Source: a virus
DNA: 64,000 nt
Virus record (IMG/VR): IMGVR_UViG_3300028827_000129
Span: 1-64,000 of that record
Reading direction: 5' to 3' (one strand)
The notes below the pieces were generated by a model. The model worked only from the letters and a program-made list of their open reading frames with translations. It was not told the DNA's origin and did no database searches. Numbering within the stretch: the stretch's first letter is position 1; every line of letters begins with the position of its first letter. The position numbers were made by a program, and so were the translations under genes. Shown in pieces: positions 29,852 through 40,534 of this stretch.

Positions 29852-30637
29852 TTATTTAATCTCTTTAATGAACGCCTGAATGATCTTGAGACAATCATCA
29901 TTAAACATTTCCTCTGGGTGCCATTGCACTCCAATAGCTAAAACGCCATCTTTTGTTGACTCAATTGCTTCAATCACATTATCAGATGGGCTTCTAGCTA
30001 TAATATTAATATCAAAATTACTTGGAGATTCTTTCCATACAATCTTATTATTTTTATTTCTGATTGGAACTGTGCAATCAATAGCCTGATGATGCATAGA
30101 ATTTACCCATGTTATATCTTTTTGTAATGCTTTGTAAAGAAAACTGTTTTGGGCAATTTTGATTTTATGCGTAGCTACTGAGCGAATTTGTGTCTGCATA
30201 TGTCTTGCAGGACTATCTACAAATTCTCTAATATCTTGCCATAATTGACATCCATGAGCCACCCCAATGATTTGATGTCCACGACAAATGCCTAAAATTG
30301 GCTTCTTTCTTTCAATACATCTTTTAGCTAGATAAATTTCAAATTCATCTCTTTTAGGTAATCCTTGTGTGCAATTTCTATCTTCTTCTCCATAGTAAAT
30401 TGGGACAATATCATGTCCACCAGAAAGCAAGATTGCATCCATAGAGTCAATAATTTGATCAACATATTTATCTTTTTCTTCTTTTGCCCAAGTTGTAACA
30501 TCAAAAAATTCAGATGGGATTAAAACTGATGCTGCACCAGCAGCTTGTACGTATTTAGCGTATGCTTTGTTTACAGAAATTTTAGGGATATCCTTAACGT
30601 CTCTCATTACAGGAGTTGTAATACCAATAGTAACCAT
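29852..30637 (-). CDS. gamma-glutamyl-gamma-aminobutyrate hydrolase-like peptidase C26
   Basis: LSGGHDI, GICRGHQ, VNSMHHQ, GVQWHPE. Confidence 0.92.
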   Translation of the reverse strand: MVTIGITTPVMRDVKDIPKISVNKAYAKYVQAAGAASVLIPSEFFDVTTWAKEEKDKYVDQIIDSMDAILLSGGHDIVPIYYGEEDRNCTQGLPKRDEFEIYLAKRCIERKKPILGICRGHQIIGVAHGCQLWQDIREFVDSPARHMQTQIRSVATHKIKIAQNSFLYKALQKDITWVNSMHHQAIDCTVPIRNKNNKIVWKESPSNFDINIIARSPSDNVIEAIESTKDGVLAIGVQWHPEEMFNDDCLKIIQAFIKEIK

Positions 30638-30649
30638 CTAAATCTCCTT

Positions 30650-31273
30650 TCATTCTTCAGATAATTCTTCTATATCATAAAACACTATTTCTTGATCTAT
30701 AGTCAATGTAGCAAGTGTTGCATGACAGCTGGTACATTCTATAAGAAATGTACCTTCAGGTACTCTGATAATATCAATCGTTTCTGTTTCTTCTATATTC
30801 TCTCCACAATTTGGACACTTTTTATATGTATATCTTGCTTTAAAACGTTTTATATTATTTCTTACAATACGAGCAAAAAATTCCTCAACATCAACAAACA
30901 TTTTAGTATTTAACAGACAAAATCTGTTTAAACTATTTTTGGATTTAAATAAGTTTTTGTTAACAGCCCAATTTTTTCTCTTTATTTTTCCATAAAATGA
31001 TATAATTATTTCTCCAATAACAGAATCGCATTCCATGCATGACAATGCTAAACTAGCATTTAAAAAATGACCTTTGTTATTTTGGGCAGGTATTGTTTCT
31101 TCAATTTCAATTAGAATAGCATTGAAATCTTCAAAGTCTTTTTTACAATGCTCACAAAATCTTGGGATAATAATACTATTATCTCCTAGTAATTCTATAA
31201 GAAAATCATACCATATATCATCCAATTCATCAAGTACAACTGATTCAATACTAAGGCAAGTCTCTATGCTCAT
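30650..31273 (-). CDS. double zinc-ribbon protein
   Basis: Four CxxC pairs. Confidence 0.65.
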   Translation of the reverse strand: MSIETCLSIESVVLDELDDIWYDFLIELLGDNSIIIPRFCEHCKKDFEDFNAILIEIEETIPAQNNKGHFLNASLALSCMECDSVIGEIIISFYGKIKRKNWAVNKNLFKSKNSLNRFCLLNTKMFVDVEEFFARIVRNNIKRFKARYTYKKCPNCGENIEETETIDIIRVPEGTFLIECTSCHATLATLTIDQEIVFYDIEELSEE

Positions 31274-31825
31274 TTAGTTTTCCTCTTTATATGTTTTTTA
31301 ACATCTAAAAGATTAAATTCGTCAAGGATACTTCTACATATGGTAAAAGGCTTTATACATCTTCTTTTTGTAACAAAGTTTCTTATTTTACCATATAAAA
31401 AATAAGTATCTCTTGAACTCATAACAATAGGTTGTTTAATAATTTCTTTATTAACGCCAGAGTTTTTTATCAATTCCAGAGCATACCAATAAGTGAATTG
31501 AGCAGCTTTATAATTTAAATCATCTTTATCATATTCCATTCTTTTAGCTAAACGTTTTCCTTTCTTTTTTGTATATACTTTATTTTCATATATATAACAA
31601 TTTATATTTGAATACTGAAAATTAAAAATAACTCCTTGTTTAACATAATAAAGCCTTAATAAATCTCTATTTTTTTCTTCACGTAAAAAACATAGCCCCC
31701 ATTGCTCTTTGTTTGGGTTTACTATTAATTTAAATTTTCTAGTCATATCATCATATTGTGTTAAATAAACATTCTTTGAATCTTTAAAATCTATATCAAG
31801 AGGTTGTATTTCAAGAACTGGTTTA

Positions 31826-32251
31826 TTATATTGGATAAGAGCCTGAGACATGTTCAATAAAATACTCCTTTTCTTTAATATTTTTTACATGTGCATAACG
31901 ACGAATACATATACTGGTAGCCAAGTATGTAAAGGCTTTTATTTCTGTGCCATCATCTTTTATTACAGTTATTTTTTCTCTTGTATAGCCTGATTCAAAT
32001 TTATCAAAAAATGGTAACATAGAAACATTTACATCCCATAATTCTCCTTTAATTTTAACAGGCTGATAATAATGATAAGCATTATACATAGATTGCTTTA
32101 ATAAAAAAGGAATATGGTTTTGTTTTGCAGAAATTAAAACCATAGTATTTTTTGTAATGGCAGGACAAATATATTTTGCTTTTAACATATTTTTTAAAAA
32201 ACTATTATTAAAACAACCATTTTTACACGAACCATAAATAAAAAATATCAT
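31826..32251 (-). CDS. gamma-glutamylcyclotransferase (GGCT/AIG2-like)
   Basis: FIYGS, IKGELW, DKFESGYTR, AFTY. Confidence 0.8.
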   Translation of the reverse strand: MIFFIYGSCKNGCFNNSFLKNMLKAKYICPAITKNTMVLISAKQNHIPFLLKQSMYNAYHYYQPVKIKGELWDVNVSMLPFFDKFESGYTREKITVIKDDGTEIKAFTYLATSICIRRYAHVKNIKEKEYFIEHVSGSYPI

Positions 32252-32260
32252 CTTTACTCC

Positions 32261-32614
32261 TTAAAGTTTTTCTATTACAATTTTTCCATCATTGGTTGAA
32301 TAAGCAATTTTTTTTATTCCTGCTTTTTTTATATGTTTAAAACATTTTTTACATGGCCTTGAAAGTTTAAGTTTATTTTCCTTATCAACTCGTATAACTA
32401 TCAAAATAATTTTATTACTAATTTTTTCTTTTTTTATCTTACGCAAGCATGCTACTTCTGCATGCATTGTAGGCCAAAAGGGTTTACTATTATTTCGCTT
32501 ATTGGTACTAATATAGGTGGGAGTATTGTTGATAATAAGAGCTGCAATATGTTTGGATTTTTTTACATCACTTAATTTTGCTTTCTTTTTTAAAACATTA
32601 ATAATTCCATCCAT
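32261..32614 (-). CDS. cytidine/deoxycytidylate deaminase-family protein
   Basis: HAE...SRPCKKC Zn motif. Confidence 0.85.
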   Translation of the reverse strand: MDGIINVLKKKAKLSDVKKSKHIAALIINNTPTYISTNKRNNSKPFWPTMHAEVACLRKIKKEKISNKIILIVIRVDKENKLKLSRPCKKCFKHIKKAGIKKIAYSTNDGKIVIEKL

Positions 32615-32824
32615 TAGTATTCAATATCTTCTTCCATATATTCATTTATATGTATTCTTTTTTCTTCACTTCTTGTTCTTTTATTTTTATGAATTTTAGT
32701 AATCATCTTATTTCTAAAAGGTAAGGAATGTTTTCTTTGATATTTTCTAAACAATTTATTTTTTTTATTTTTACTACAACTACAATGATCGCATTTATCT
32801 TCACAATCACACATATTAAACTCC

Positions 32825-33946
32825 TTAATTCATCAAAGGTGTAATATTTAATGGAGAAAAAATATCTGAAAAGCTTGTAGCAGTTTTATAAATTGATAAA
32901 TTAAAAGGCTTTGTCATGTTATAATTTTTAAATAGCATTTCATTATTGCATTTTGTAAATGCTAAGTTCAAAGAACGTTTTACAAAATTATTTTTTGGCG
33001 TGTTTTTATATTCATGTTTCTTTTCTTTTTCTGTATATACACCGAAATTAATTGGCATAGACAAGAGCATATGATCAGTAAATGAAGTTTTGATCATATA
33101 AGCTTCATTTCCATATTCGTATACAGATACCATATTATTCAGACCACTATAAGTTGTACCATTTCTATGTACGATTACCCTTTTCCCAAATAAATCTTCA
33201 ATTGTAATAGATTGATTATAATGAGAAAAACGGTCAATTCTATTAATATAATCTAACTTTCTCATTACAATATCTTCTACAATTCTTTGCAAAGTATTTC
33301 TCAAATAATCTGCTAATTGCTGTAAAAACATATATGTTTTCATAAGTTCTAAACCAAAGGAAGAATTTATGTCAATATATGATGTTATATCATTATTAAG
33401 CTTTTCTTTTATTAAATTATAAAAAACTTTCCCAATATTACCAACATCAGATTCTATAAGGCAACTTATATAACCTTCACTATTGACTATAAAAAACTCT
33501 ATTATGCTACCAGGAGGGAAAATATCTAATTGCTCTGGGAATTCTAAACTATTAAGAAGTTTAAGATTTCTTGCATAATAAACACAATCTAATTCATGAT
33601 AATTAATTTTATGCTTTGTAATTTCTTCATAAATTTCATAGTAAATAGATTCTATATCTTTAGATGGAATATGCTCTAAAAAAGTTGTGGTTTTGAAAAT
33701 AGAAACATTCCGTCCAAAACCAATCCTCGAAGACAACAATAAAGGCATTATCATATTTTCTATAGGAACAACGACGCCATTAAAGCATGATTCTTTGTCG
33801 TAACAAAAATTTTCAAAACCAACAACGTAAGGATAAATATCTACTTGTCTAATTATTTTATCGAAAGCTTTTACTAAATCTTTGTTGACATAAGGAGAGT
33901 AAAGATTAAAAACTGAATGAGTTAAAGGTAATTTATTAGGTTTCAT
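32825..33946 (-). CDS. degenerate RtcB-fold protein (probably catalytically inactive)
   Basis: Colinear with RtcB 39377-40534 (e.g. GKRVIVHRNGTT vs GRKVWIHRKGAT) but lacks the catalytic residues. Confidence 0.65.
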   Translation of the reverse strand: MKPNKLPLTHSVFNLYSPYVNKDLVKAFDKIIRQVDIYPYVVGFENFCYDKESCFNGVVVPIENMIMPLLLSSRIGFGRNVSIFKTTTFLEHIPSKDIESIYYEIYEEITKHKINYHELDCVYYARNLKLLNSLEFPEQLDIFPPGSIIEFFIVNSEGYISCLIESDVGNIGKVFYNLIKEKLNNDITSYIDINSSFGLELMKTYMFLQQLADYLRNTLQRIVEDIVMRKLDYINRIDRFSHYNQSITIEDLFGKRVIVHRNGTTYSGLNNMVSVYEYGNEAYMIKTSFTDHMLLSMPINFGVYTEKEKKHEYKNTPKNNFVKRSLNLAFTKCNNEMLFKNYNMTKPFNLSIYKTATSFSDIFSPLNITPLMN

Positions 33947-33955
33947 TTAGTACCT

Positions 33956-34318
33956 CTAAATCAAAACTGGGAATCTATCATGGACTTCTTTTTCTCTTTT
34001 ATGCATTGCCTCTCTAGTAACAACTTTTACAATACCATTTTTATATATTCCTTTTATATTTTTACCAAATGTTGAAAATTTTACTCCATTCTCAACAAAT
34101 TTTGAGACATTAATAATTTGACAGTCTTTCCAGTTTTGAGGATACCACACAGTTTGGAGAGATTCTTGTCTGGCGTGCCCGTCCCACTTTGCTTTTATAA
34201 TTGCATTGGGGAAAAATCCACTATTTTTTATAGAAATATTTACTTTATCTCCTATATGTACATTAATTTTACTTCCATCAAAAACATCTTTAGCGTCGTA
34301 TATCATACGACCACACAT
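33956..34318 (-). CDS. minimal SRAP/HMCES-like (SOS response-associated peptidase) protein
   Basis: MCGR start after GGAGG, HARQE, VHDRFPVLI. Confidence 0.75.
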   Translation of the reverse strand: MCGRMIYDAKDVFDGSKINVHIGDKVNISIKNSGFFPNAIIKAKWDGHARQESLQTVWYPQNWKDCQIINVSKFVENGVKFSTFGKNIKGIYKNGIVKVVTREAMHKREKEVHDRFPVLI

Positions 34319-34530
34319 AAATACCTCCTTAAACATTCTTTATTTATCTAAAGATGTTTTACCATCTTCAAAACCATCCCAATATCCATTTATATATATC
34401 GGATTAAAAATACGTTGACATTTTAAACATTGCCATTTAATTGAACCTGGTTTTGGATATAATTCTCCTCTACAATTTTTGTTTGGACATGGATGTTCGC
34501 ATTTTTTTGTCGCCATATCTTTTTAAAAAA

Positions 34531-34938
34531 TTAAGCTACTAATGTCTTTAAATTAATGTTTTCTTTATGTCTTACAATAATATAAGAGTTACACAATAAA
34601 CATAGAATATGAGCAAGATCCATAGCATAATCTAAATTTGCAGTAATAATTCTAGCTTGTATAACATCTTTTTCTCTGTCTCTCCCAGGTAAATAAAAAT
34701 ATGATGGTCTTCCTGGTTTTGCATTAATCTGAGGAAATGATGAAGAAGCAATAGAAAAATTAGTTTTATCTATACGTATAGTATAAAGTTGTCCTAAGCC
34801 ACGTAGACTCTCATCTATATAATTATATTGAATTTTCAGCTCATATCTAAGAGATGGGGTTAAAATACGGCTTATTTTCATTGTATATTTTACAAAAGAA
34901 AAGTCCATATCATATGATTTACCTAATTTTATTTCCAT
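34531..34938 (-). CDS. hypothetical protein (paralogue of 34948-35325)
   Basis: YIDESLRG/FPQIN vs YMDQHLRG/CPQLN. Confidence 0.6.
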   Translation of the reverse strand: MEIKLGKSYDMDFSFVKYTMKISRILTPSLRYELKIQYNYIDESLRGLGQLYTIRIDKTNFSIASSSFPQINAKPGRPSYFYLPGRDREKDVIQARIITANLDYAMDLAHILCLLCNSYIIVRHKENINLKTLVA

Positions 34939-34947
34939 ATGCTACCC

Positions 34948-35325
34948 TTATGATAATATTTTTTTAAAATTAATTTTTTTATTACTGAAAAAGATTGATG
35001 CGCAAGTAAATAATTTTATGATGTCAGCATAAGCTTGTTTAAAATCCTCTTCATTGTCAAATTGAGTTTTTACAAGTATATTATCCATTTCTGAAGCTGT
35101 TCCTCTGACAAATACATATGGTGGATTTAATTGTGGACATGTAAGACTAGTTAAAGAAGTAAAAATTTTATTAGAATCAAGAGAAAATGATAATTTTCCT
35201 CTTAAGTGTTGATCCATATATAAAACTTGCATGCCTAAATCATGACAAGAACCACCGACGTATTTTTCTAATATGAATCTTATTTTTATATAGCCAAAGT
35301 CATGGGCTTCCATATGTCTTTTCAT
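34948..35325 (-). CDS. hypothetical protein (paralogue of 34531-34938)
   Basis: Shared motifs as above. Confidence 0.6.
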   Translation of the reverse strand: MKRHMEAHDFGYIKIRFILEKYVGGSCHDLGMQVLYMDQHLRGKLSFSLDSNKIFTSLTSLTCPQLNPPYVFVRGTASEMDNILVKTQFDNEEDFKQAYADIIKLFTCASIFFSNKKINFKKILS

Positions 35326-35378
35326 TACAATATTTTACATACCTCAAAAATTGATTTTATTAGCTTTTGTAAATAATT

Positions 35379-36179
35379 TTAACTTAATGATGAAACATTA
35401 AACTTTTTTATATTTTTATGCACTTCAGACTTATACCAGTCAGCCTTATTTTTATAAGCGGGTTTAAGAAACCTCAAAGTATTTATTCCCATATTATGTA
35501 AAGATGTAATTGTAACCCTTGGCATATAGAAATGATCCCAAGTAATTTTTTCGTTAAAAATATTATGCCAATTGTCAATAAGTGCTTTAGAAAAATTCTT
35601 TTTACCAGAGGTTCTTTCTGCTAAATAATAACAACATTTTTTCCCACTATACTTATCAAGTTTTCCATATGCATGATTTTTAACAAACGTAGGTAAACCT
35701 GCAGAATTATTAATTGTTTTAAAAAAGACATAAAATAATGATGTCGCAAATAAATTTTTATATATTTCTATTGGGATTTGCATAACTAATCTTTTGTCAT
35801 TAGCAGCATACGTAATTTTTTTACCACATAAATAATGTACAATTTTACTTGAAATTACAGCAATAACATCAAGAATATTTTTGTTTGGATAAATTTCTTG
35901 AAGTTTATTCTTAGTAGCTATTGCAGTACTTGTTTGATGCGAAATATAAAAATAATCATCTACAATTTGTTTTAATTTACCGGAAGAAGATAACTTGAGT
36001 AAGTTATCATAAATATATCCTCTACACGAGGAATATGTATGAAGAACATTATATTTTACTTTTCCCGTTTTAGAATCATATGTTTTATATAAAATATCAT
36101 GAGAAAATGTATTACTAAGTGAATAGCAAGGGACTTCAGAAAGAAGCTTTTTGTTCTTTCTATAAGTTCTATCGCTCAT
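35379..36179 (-). CDS. hypothetical protein (paralogue of 20453-21355)
   Basis: 266-aa ORF with AGGAG RBS. Confidence 0.6.
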   Translation of the reverse strand: MSDRTYRKNKKLLSEVPCYSLSNTFSHDILYKTYDSKTGKVKYNVLHTYSSCRGYIYDNLLKLSSSGKLKQIVDDYFYISHQTSTAIATKNKLQEIYPNKNILDVIAVISSKIVHYLCGKKITYAANDKRLVMQIPIEIYKNLFATSLFYVFFKTINNSAGLPTFVKNHAYGKLDKYSGKKCCYYLAERTSGKKNFSKALIDNWHNIFNEKITWDHFYMPRVTITSLHNMGINTLRFLKPAYKNKADWYKSEVHKNIKKFNVSSLS

Positions 36180-36643
36180 TAATTTTCTCCTTTCAATATT
36201 TAATAGAACATGGTAAATATCTATTTATTATTTAATTGTGCTTCCTTTCATAGAAACAAGAATATCTACAAACTTTTCCCATTTTAAAATAATTATTCGA
36301 TTTTTTTCCATACTATATTGATAAATATTAAAGTAATTAGATAAAAGCATATGTGCATATTTTCTTGCTATATCTAATTGTTTTTTTGTTTTGCATGAAT
36401 TAATTACTGCTAATATTCTTCTATAAACAAAAGAAGCATTATAATTTTTATTGTGCAGCATTTATGGTCTTCCTTTCTTTTCCCTAACTCCTGTTTTATC
36501 TTTACGTCTAGAATTATTTGACTTACCAATAGAAGTTTTCTTAAATTTATGTTTAGACCTATCAAAAGCAGTTTTCATTGCCATTTGGATTTCCTCCTAT
36601 AATTAAGCTTTTTAAATATCCTTTAGTAAAACTTTTAAGAATT

Positions 36644-37981
36644 TTAAATTTCACAGTTATCCTCTAATTCGGCCATTGCTGTTTTACGGATTTCTTCAAA
36701 AGTATATTCAACGAAAAACTTTCCATTTTTCCATACGAGCGGTAAATTGAGATAATCAAATCTGCCAGCTTTACTTTTCTTCCATTGGCAGTCTTTAGGT
36801 TGTTTATATACACTTCTCCAACCTTCTCCAGGAATATGAATAGCAGATATCTTCATGGCATAACCATATGTGTCACGATTAACTTGTTGTAAAGAACCTC
36901 CACCCATTCCAAAGGCAATATTATCAGCTGACCATTTATTTTTTTCCATCACTGAAAGAATTTCTTCTATGTTATCTGGACTAGAAATACCATCACCTTG
37001 AATAAGTCTTATACAGTCTGGTAAAACCTTATATCCTTTTTTATTAATAGAACTACCAAAAGCTTCTTCAAGTTCATTTAACGAACGAAGAACAACTTCT
37101 GAAGGTTCACCAGAATCTGGCCTTACAACAAGTGTTCCGCCAGATTTGAATATCTGTGATTTGAGCTGTTTTCCCCAAATATTTCTAATAGCATTTGAAA
37201 GATCATAACTATCAGAAACACATGCCGCTATCTTACCTTCGCCAAGAAAATTATCAATAAAATTTTTGTATGCGTTGGCTTCATTGGCTCTGCCCCATGA
37301 AGTAATAGTTGAATGTTCGGCTGCATTAATGGAGAATCCCAGCATTGAATCAGTATTATAATATTTTTGTGCAGCGAAAATGCCTGCTATTGTATCTGTT
37401 CCCATAGAAGTAGTAAGCTCAGCCATACCACCAATAGCAGCTGATTCTTCAGAGCTGGTACCTCTATATCCAAATGAATGTAGTTTAAATGGTGCTAAAG
37501 AAGGATCGCCAGTATAATTCAGATATTTAAGAATAATCTTCTTACATTCAAATTGTCTTGTAGCAACAGTACATGGGTACCATATTTGAAGAAGGCGTGT
37601 TTCTATCCAGCCAGGAAGCCAACCAAAATCTGGATGCGTAGATTCGATAGTTACCTGTACTTCGCCAATATCGACCAAATGCCCTTCTTTAACTGCTCTA
37701 ATTTCTAAAGGATAATAACCTAAATCGGCTAATTGCATCCAGCCTTTTTTGTTAAAAGCTACTCCATGTGCTTCCCAAAACTTAGCTGCCTCTTCAACGT
37801 CAGACTTTGATGGTACATTACTTAAAATTTTTTTAATGATGGCTTGTAGACCGAAGAATAATATCTCATCTCCTCCGCGCCTAGCTTCAATGTAATAGTA
37901 AGTGCCTGTGTTTTGTGGGAATTGTAGAAAATGACTTGCTTTATAAGAGTCAGTAGATGTAATTAAAGTGTTATTCATCAT
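36644..37981 (-). CDS. nadV: nicotinamide phosphoribosyltransferase
   Basis: TDSYKASH, FGYRG, AAEHS, VSDSYD, VVRPDSG, IQGDGI, FGMGG. Confidence 0.93.
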   Translation of the reverse strand: MMNNTLITSTDSYKASHFLQFPQNTGTYYYIEARRGGDEILFFGLQAIIKKILSNVPSKSDVEEAAKFWEAHGVAFNKKGWMQLADLGYYPLEIRAVKEGHLVDIGEVQVTIESTHPDFGWLPGWIETRLLQIWYPCTVATRQFECKKIILKYLNYTGDPSLAPFKLHSFGYRGTSSEESAAIGGMAELTTSMGTDTIAGIFAAQKYYNTDSMLGFSINAAEHSTITSWGRANEANAYKNFIDNFLGEGKIAACVSDSYDLSNAIRNIWGKQLKSQIFKSGGTLVVRPDSGEPSEVVLRSLNELEEAFGSSINKKGYKVLPDCIRLIQGDGISSPDNIEEILSVMEKNKWSADNIAFGMGGGSLQQVNRDTYGYAMKISAIHIPGEGWRSVYKQPKDCQWKKSKAGRFDYLNLPLVWKNGKFFVEYTFEEIRKTAMAELEDNCEI

Positions 37982-38019
37982 TTACCTCCTTTGCATCTAT
38001 GCATCTGAGTTTTTATTAG

Positions 38020-38925
38020 TTATTTTTTTGGTTCGATTTTATTAAGTAGTATACTAAAAAGTTTTTGATGAATATCAATAATCTCATCTTTCAACTTTTC
38101 AATATACTCGAACCACCGTACTTCATATATGTCATCACCCGGGTCTGGAAACCCGGAAATGTCATTTGTACTAAAAAATATTGTAGTAATTTTATCTACT
38201 TCTGATCTATAGCGCCAATCGTCTACAACGATACTACTAATATATTTTAAATTTTCTACATTTAATCCAGCTTCTTCTTTTACTTCTCTTTTACCTGCAT
38301 CTTCAAATGTTTCACCTGGTTTGATAAATCCTCCTATAAATCTATATTTATCTTCATGTTTTTTCTTGCCAAGAAGAAGTTGTGTATATTCTTTATTAAA
38401 GATAGCAACATCAACAGTAGGAATACATTTTGGCCATTGATTCATTGTAGCCCAAATAACACCATGTCTAAAATCTGCTGAAGCTTTTACTTTATTAGAT
38501 AAAACTTTTCTTCTTGCTGTAGCAGATATAAAAGTTTTTTGTGTCAGTTCTTTTGTTTCAAATTTCCCATAATAATGATCGATAAAAGAATCTCTTCCTC
38601 CATATAAAACTACACTTTGTCGAGGTCCGATAATATCATCGATCATATCATCTAATGTTTGGCTCCAAAGTTTATCTGAATGCATATCCTTTATGTAAAG
38701 GATAATTACATCAGGAAATGTTTTTAATATCATCTGCTTTCTGGCTTCAAAGTCCAATGGATTTTTTACTGTACATTTACATGGACTTAACCCAAGAAAT
38801 ATTAAAACTCGTTCATGTCTATCAATTACATATTTTATTAATTCTTTATGTGCTTCAGTAAGCTCGTCTGTCTGAAACCTGCCTACTATAACACCAACAT
38901 CATAATTTTTTTGTATTTCTTTCAT
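38020..38925 (-). CDS. bifunctional NMN adenylyltransferase / Nudix hydrolase (NadM-Nudix)
   Basis: VGRFQ...H, NPL, ISAT; Nudix box GG..KPGETFEDAGKREVKEEAG. Confidence 0.92.
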   Translation of the reverse strand: MKEIQKNYDVGVIVGRFQTDELTEAHKELIKYVIDRHERVLIFLGLSPCKCTVKNPLDFEARKQMILKTFPDVIILYIKDMHSDKLWSQTLDDMIDDIIGPRQSVVLYGGRDSFIDHYYGKFETKELTQKTFISATARRKVLSNKVKASADFRHGVIWATMNQWPKCIPTVDVAIFNKEYTQLLLGKKKHEDKYRFIGGFIKPGETFEDAGKREVKEEAGLNVENLKYISSIVVDDWRYRSEVDKITTIFFSTNDISGFPDPGDDIYEVRWFEYIEKLKDEIIDIHQKLFSILLNKIEPKK

Positions 38926-39376
38926 ATTTTTAAACTATTTCCTTTCTACTAAAATAAACACAATTATTTCTTATTTTTAAGTTATATAATGTGGGCAGAA
39001 ATTATACCATCCACATATTGGACAATAGAAATCATTTTCGATTTCTGTAATGATCTTGGCACCATAAAGAGTTTTAGAATGTTCGGACCAAAAAGTACTA
39101 ACTGCTTCGCGTACTCCCTCGTCATTTTCTAGCAGAATACTTGTATCAGGGCTATCAGCATTATACCATGGAAATTTCTTGCAATCTTCTTTATTCTGAA
39201 TGTAGTGCTTATTATGCTCTCCTATTTCTTTCAGGGCTTTTTTGGCTTTTTCTTTATTGGTCTATAAAAACTCTATTTTACTCTTTTCTTCATTTGTACC
39301 AAATGAATCGCTTATTTGATAACATACTTCTATAGCATACATTACTTCATTCATAGTAATCTATACAAGTTATAAT

Positions 39377-40534
39377 TTATCCTTTTACATTAATAATGGG
39401 CTTAAGATATGCAATTATTTCAACCAAATCTTTTTGCATTTCTATAACCTCAAAAATATTTTTATATGCCATAGGGCTTTCATCTATAGTAGAAGAAGCT
39501 ACTTTAGCTTTTATATCTTTCATTGCAGTTCGAAAATCTTCCATATCTATAGATTCTTTTGCCTTTTTTCTACTCATAACTCTTCCAGCTCCATGAGAGC
39601 TGGAAAATAAAGACTCTTCATTCCCAAGGCCACGAACAACAAAGGAGCCATCTCTCATATTACCGGGAATAATACCATACATGTTATACTCTGCTTGTGT
39701 AGCCCCTTTACGATGTATCCAAACCTTACGACCATTTATCTGTTTAGATTCACAATGATTGTGATTTCTGTTTATTACTATGCTGGTATCAAATTTAGGA
39801 ACATAATTTGATAGTATAGCTAATATTTCGTTAGCTATTACTTCCCTATTTTTTAAAGCAAACCGCAAACATACTTCCATATCCATCAAATAATTTTTTC
39901 CTTCTTTAGAATCTACAGAGAGCCCATAATGCTTTTCTCTTACTTTATTATCTGGAGAAGCTAAACGCATATAATGTGTAGCCATGCTATGGCCGACATT
40001 TCTGCTACCTGAATGTATCACTATCCAAACATATGAATCTTCATCATAGGCAATTTCTGCCATATGATTGCCACCACCAAGAGTGCCAAGTTGATATAAG
40101 CCACCTTTTTCTTCAAACATCTGTTCGAATTCTGGAGTTTTAGCTATTTTTTTATATTCATTCCAAGAAATAGGATATTCTCGATGTTTATGTCCTACTG
40201 GAATTCTATCATAAATGTTAGAGAAAATCTTATCTATATATGGTTGGATTTCTTCACGAACAATAGAAGTTTTAATTCCATATACTCCACAGCCTTGATC
40301 GTAACCCACCCAACTTGGGACAACTATATGTTCTGTGGCAACTACTGCTCCAATAGGCAACGAATACCCGGCATGAGCATCTGGCATTAAAGTTCCACGT
40401 ACTACAAAAGGTTGTTCCATAGCAGAAATAAATTGTTCTGCAGCTTCTCTTTCTAGTTGTTTTATAAAAAGAGCAACCTTCTTATCTTTTGGCAATCTAA
40501 ATAAAACTTCTTCTTTTGTGATCATAGCGCACAT
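39377..40534 (-). CDS. rtcB: RNA-splicing ligase RtcB
   Basis: MPDAHAG, GYDQGCG, GTLGGGNH, HSGSR, HNH, HRKGAT, SHGAGR, DESPMAYK. Confidence 0.95.
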   Translation of the reverse strand: MCAMITKEEVLFRLPKDKKVALFIKQLEREAAEQFISAMEQPFVVRGTLMPDAHAGYSLPIGAVVATEHIVVPSWVGYDQGCGVYGIKTSIVREEIQPYIDKIFSNIYDRIPVGHKHREYPISWNEYKKIAKTPEFEQMFEEKGGLYQLGTLGGGNHMAEIAYDEDSYVWIVIHSGSRNVGHSMATHYMRLASPDNKVREKHYGLSVDSKEGKNYLMDMEVCLRFALKNREVIANEILAILSNYVPKFDTSIVINRNHNHCESKQINGRKVWIHRKGATQAEYNMYGIIPGNMRDGSFVVRGLGNEESLFSSSHGAGRVMSRKKAKESIDMEDFRTAMKDIKAKVASSTIDESPMAYKNIFEVIEMQKDLVEIIAYLKPIINVKG

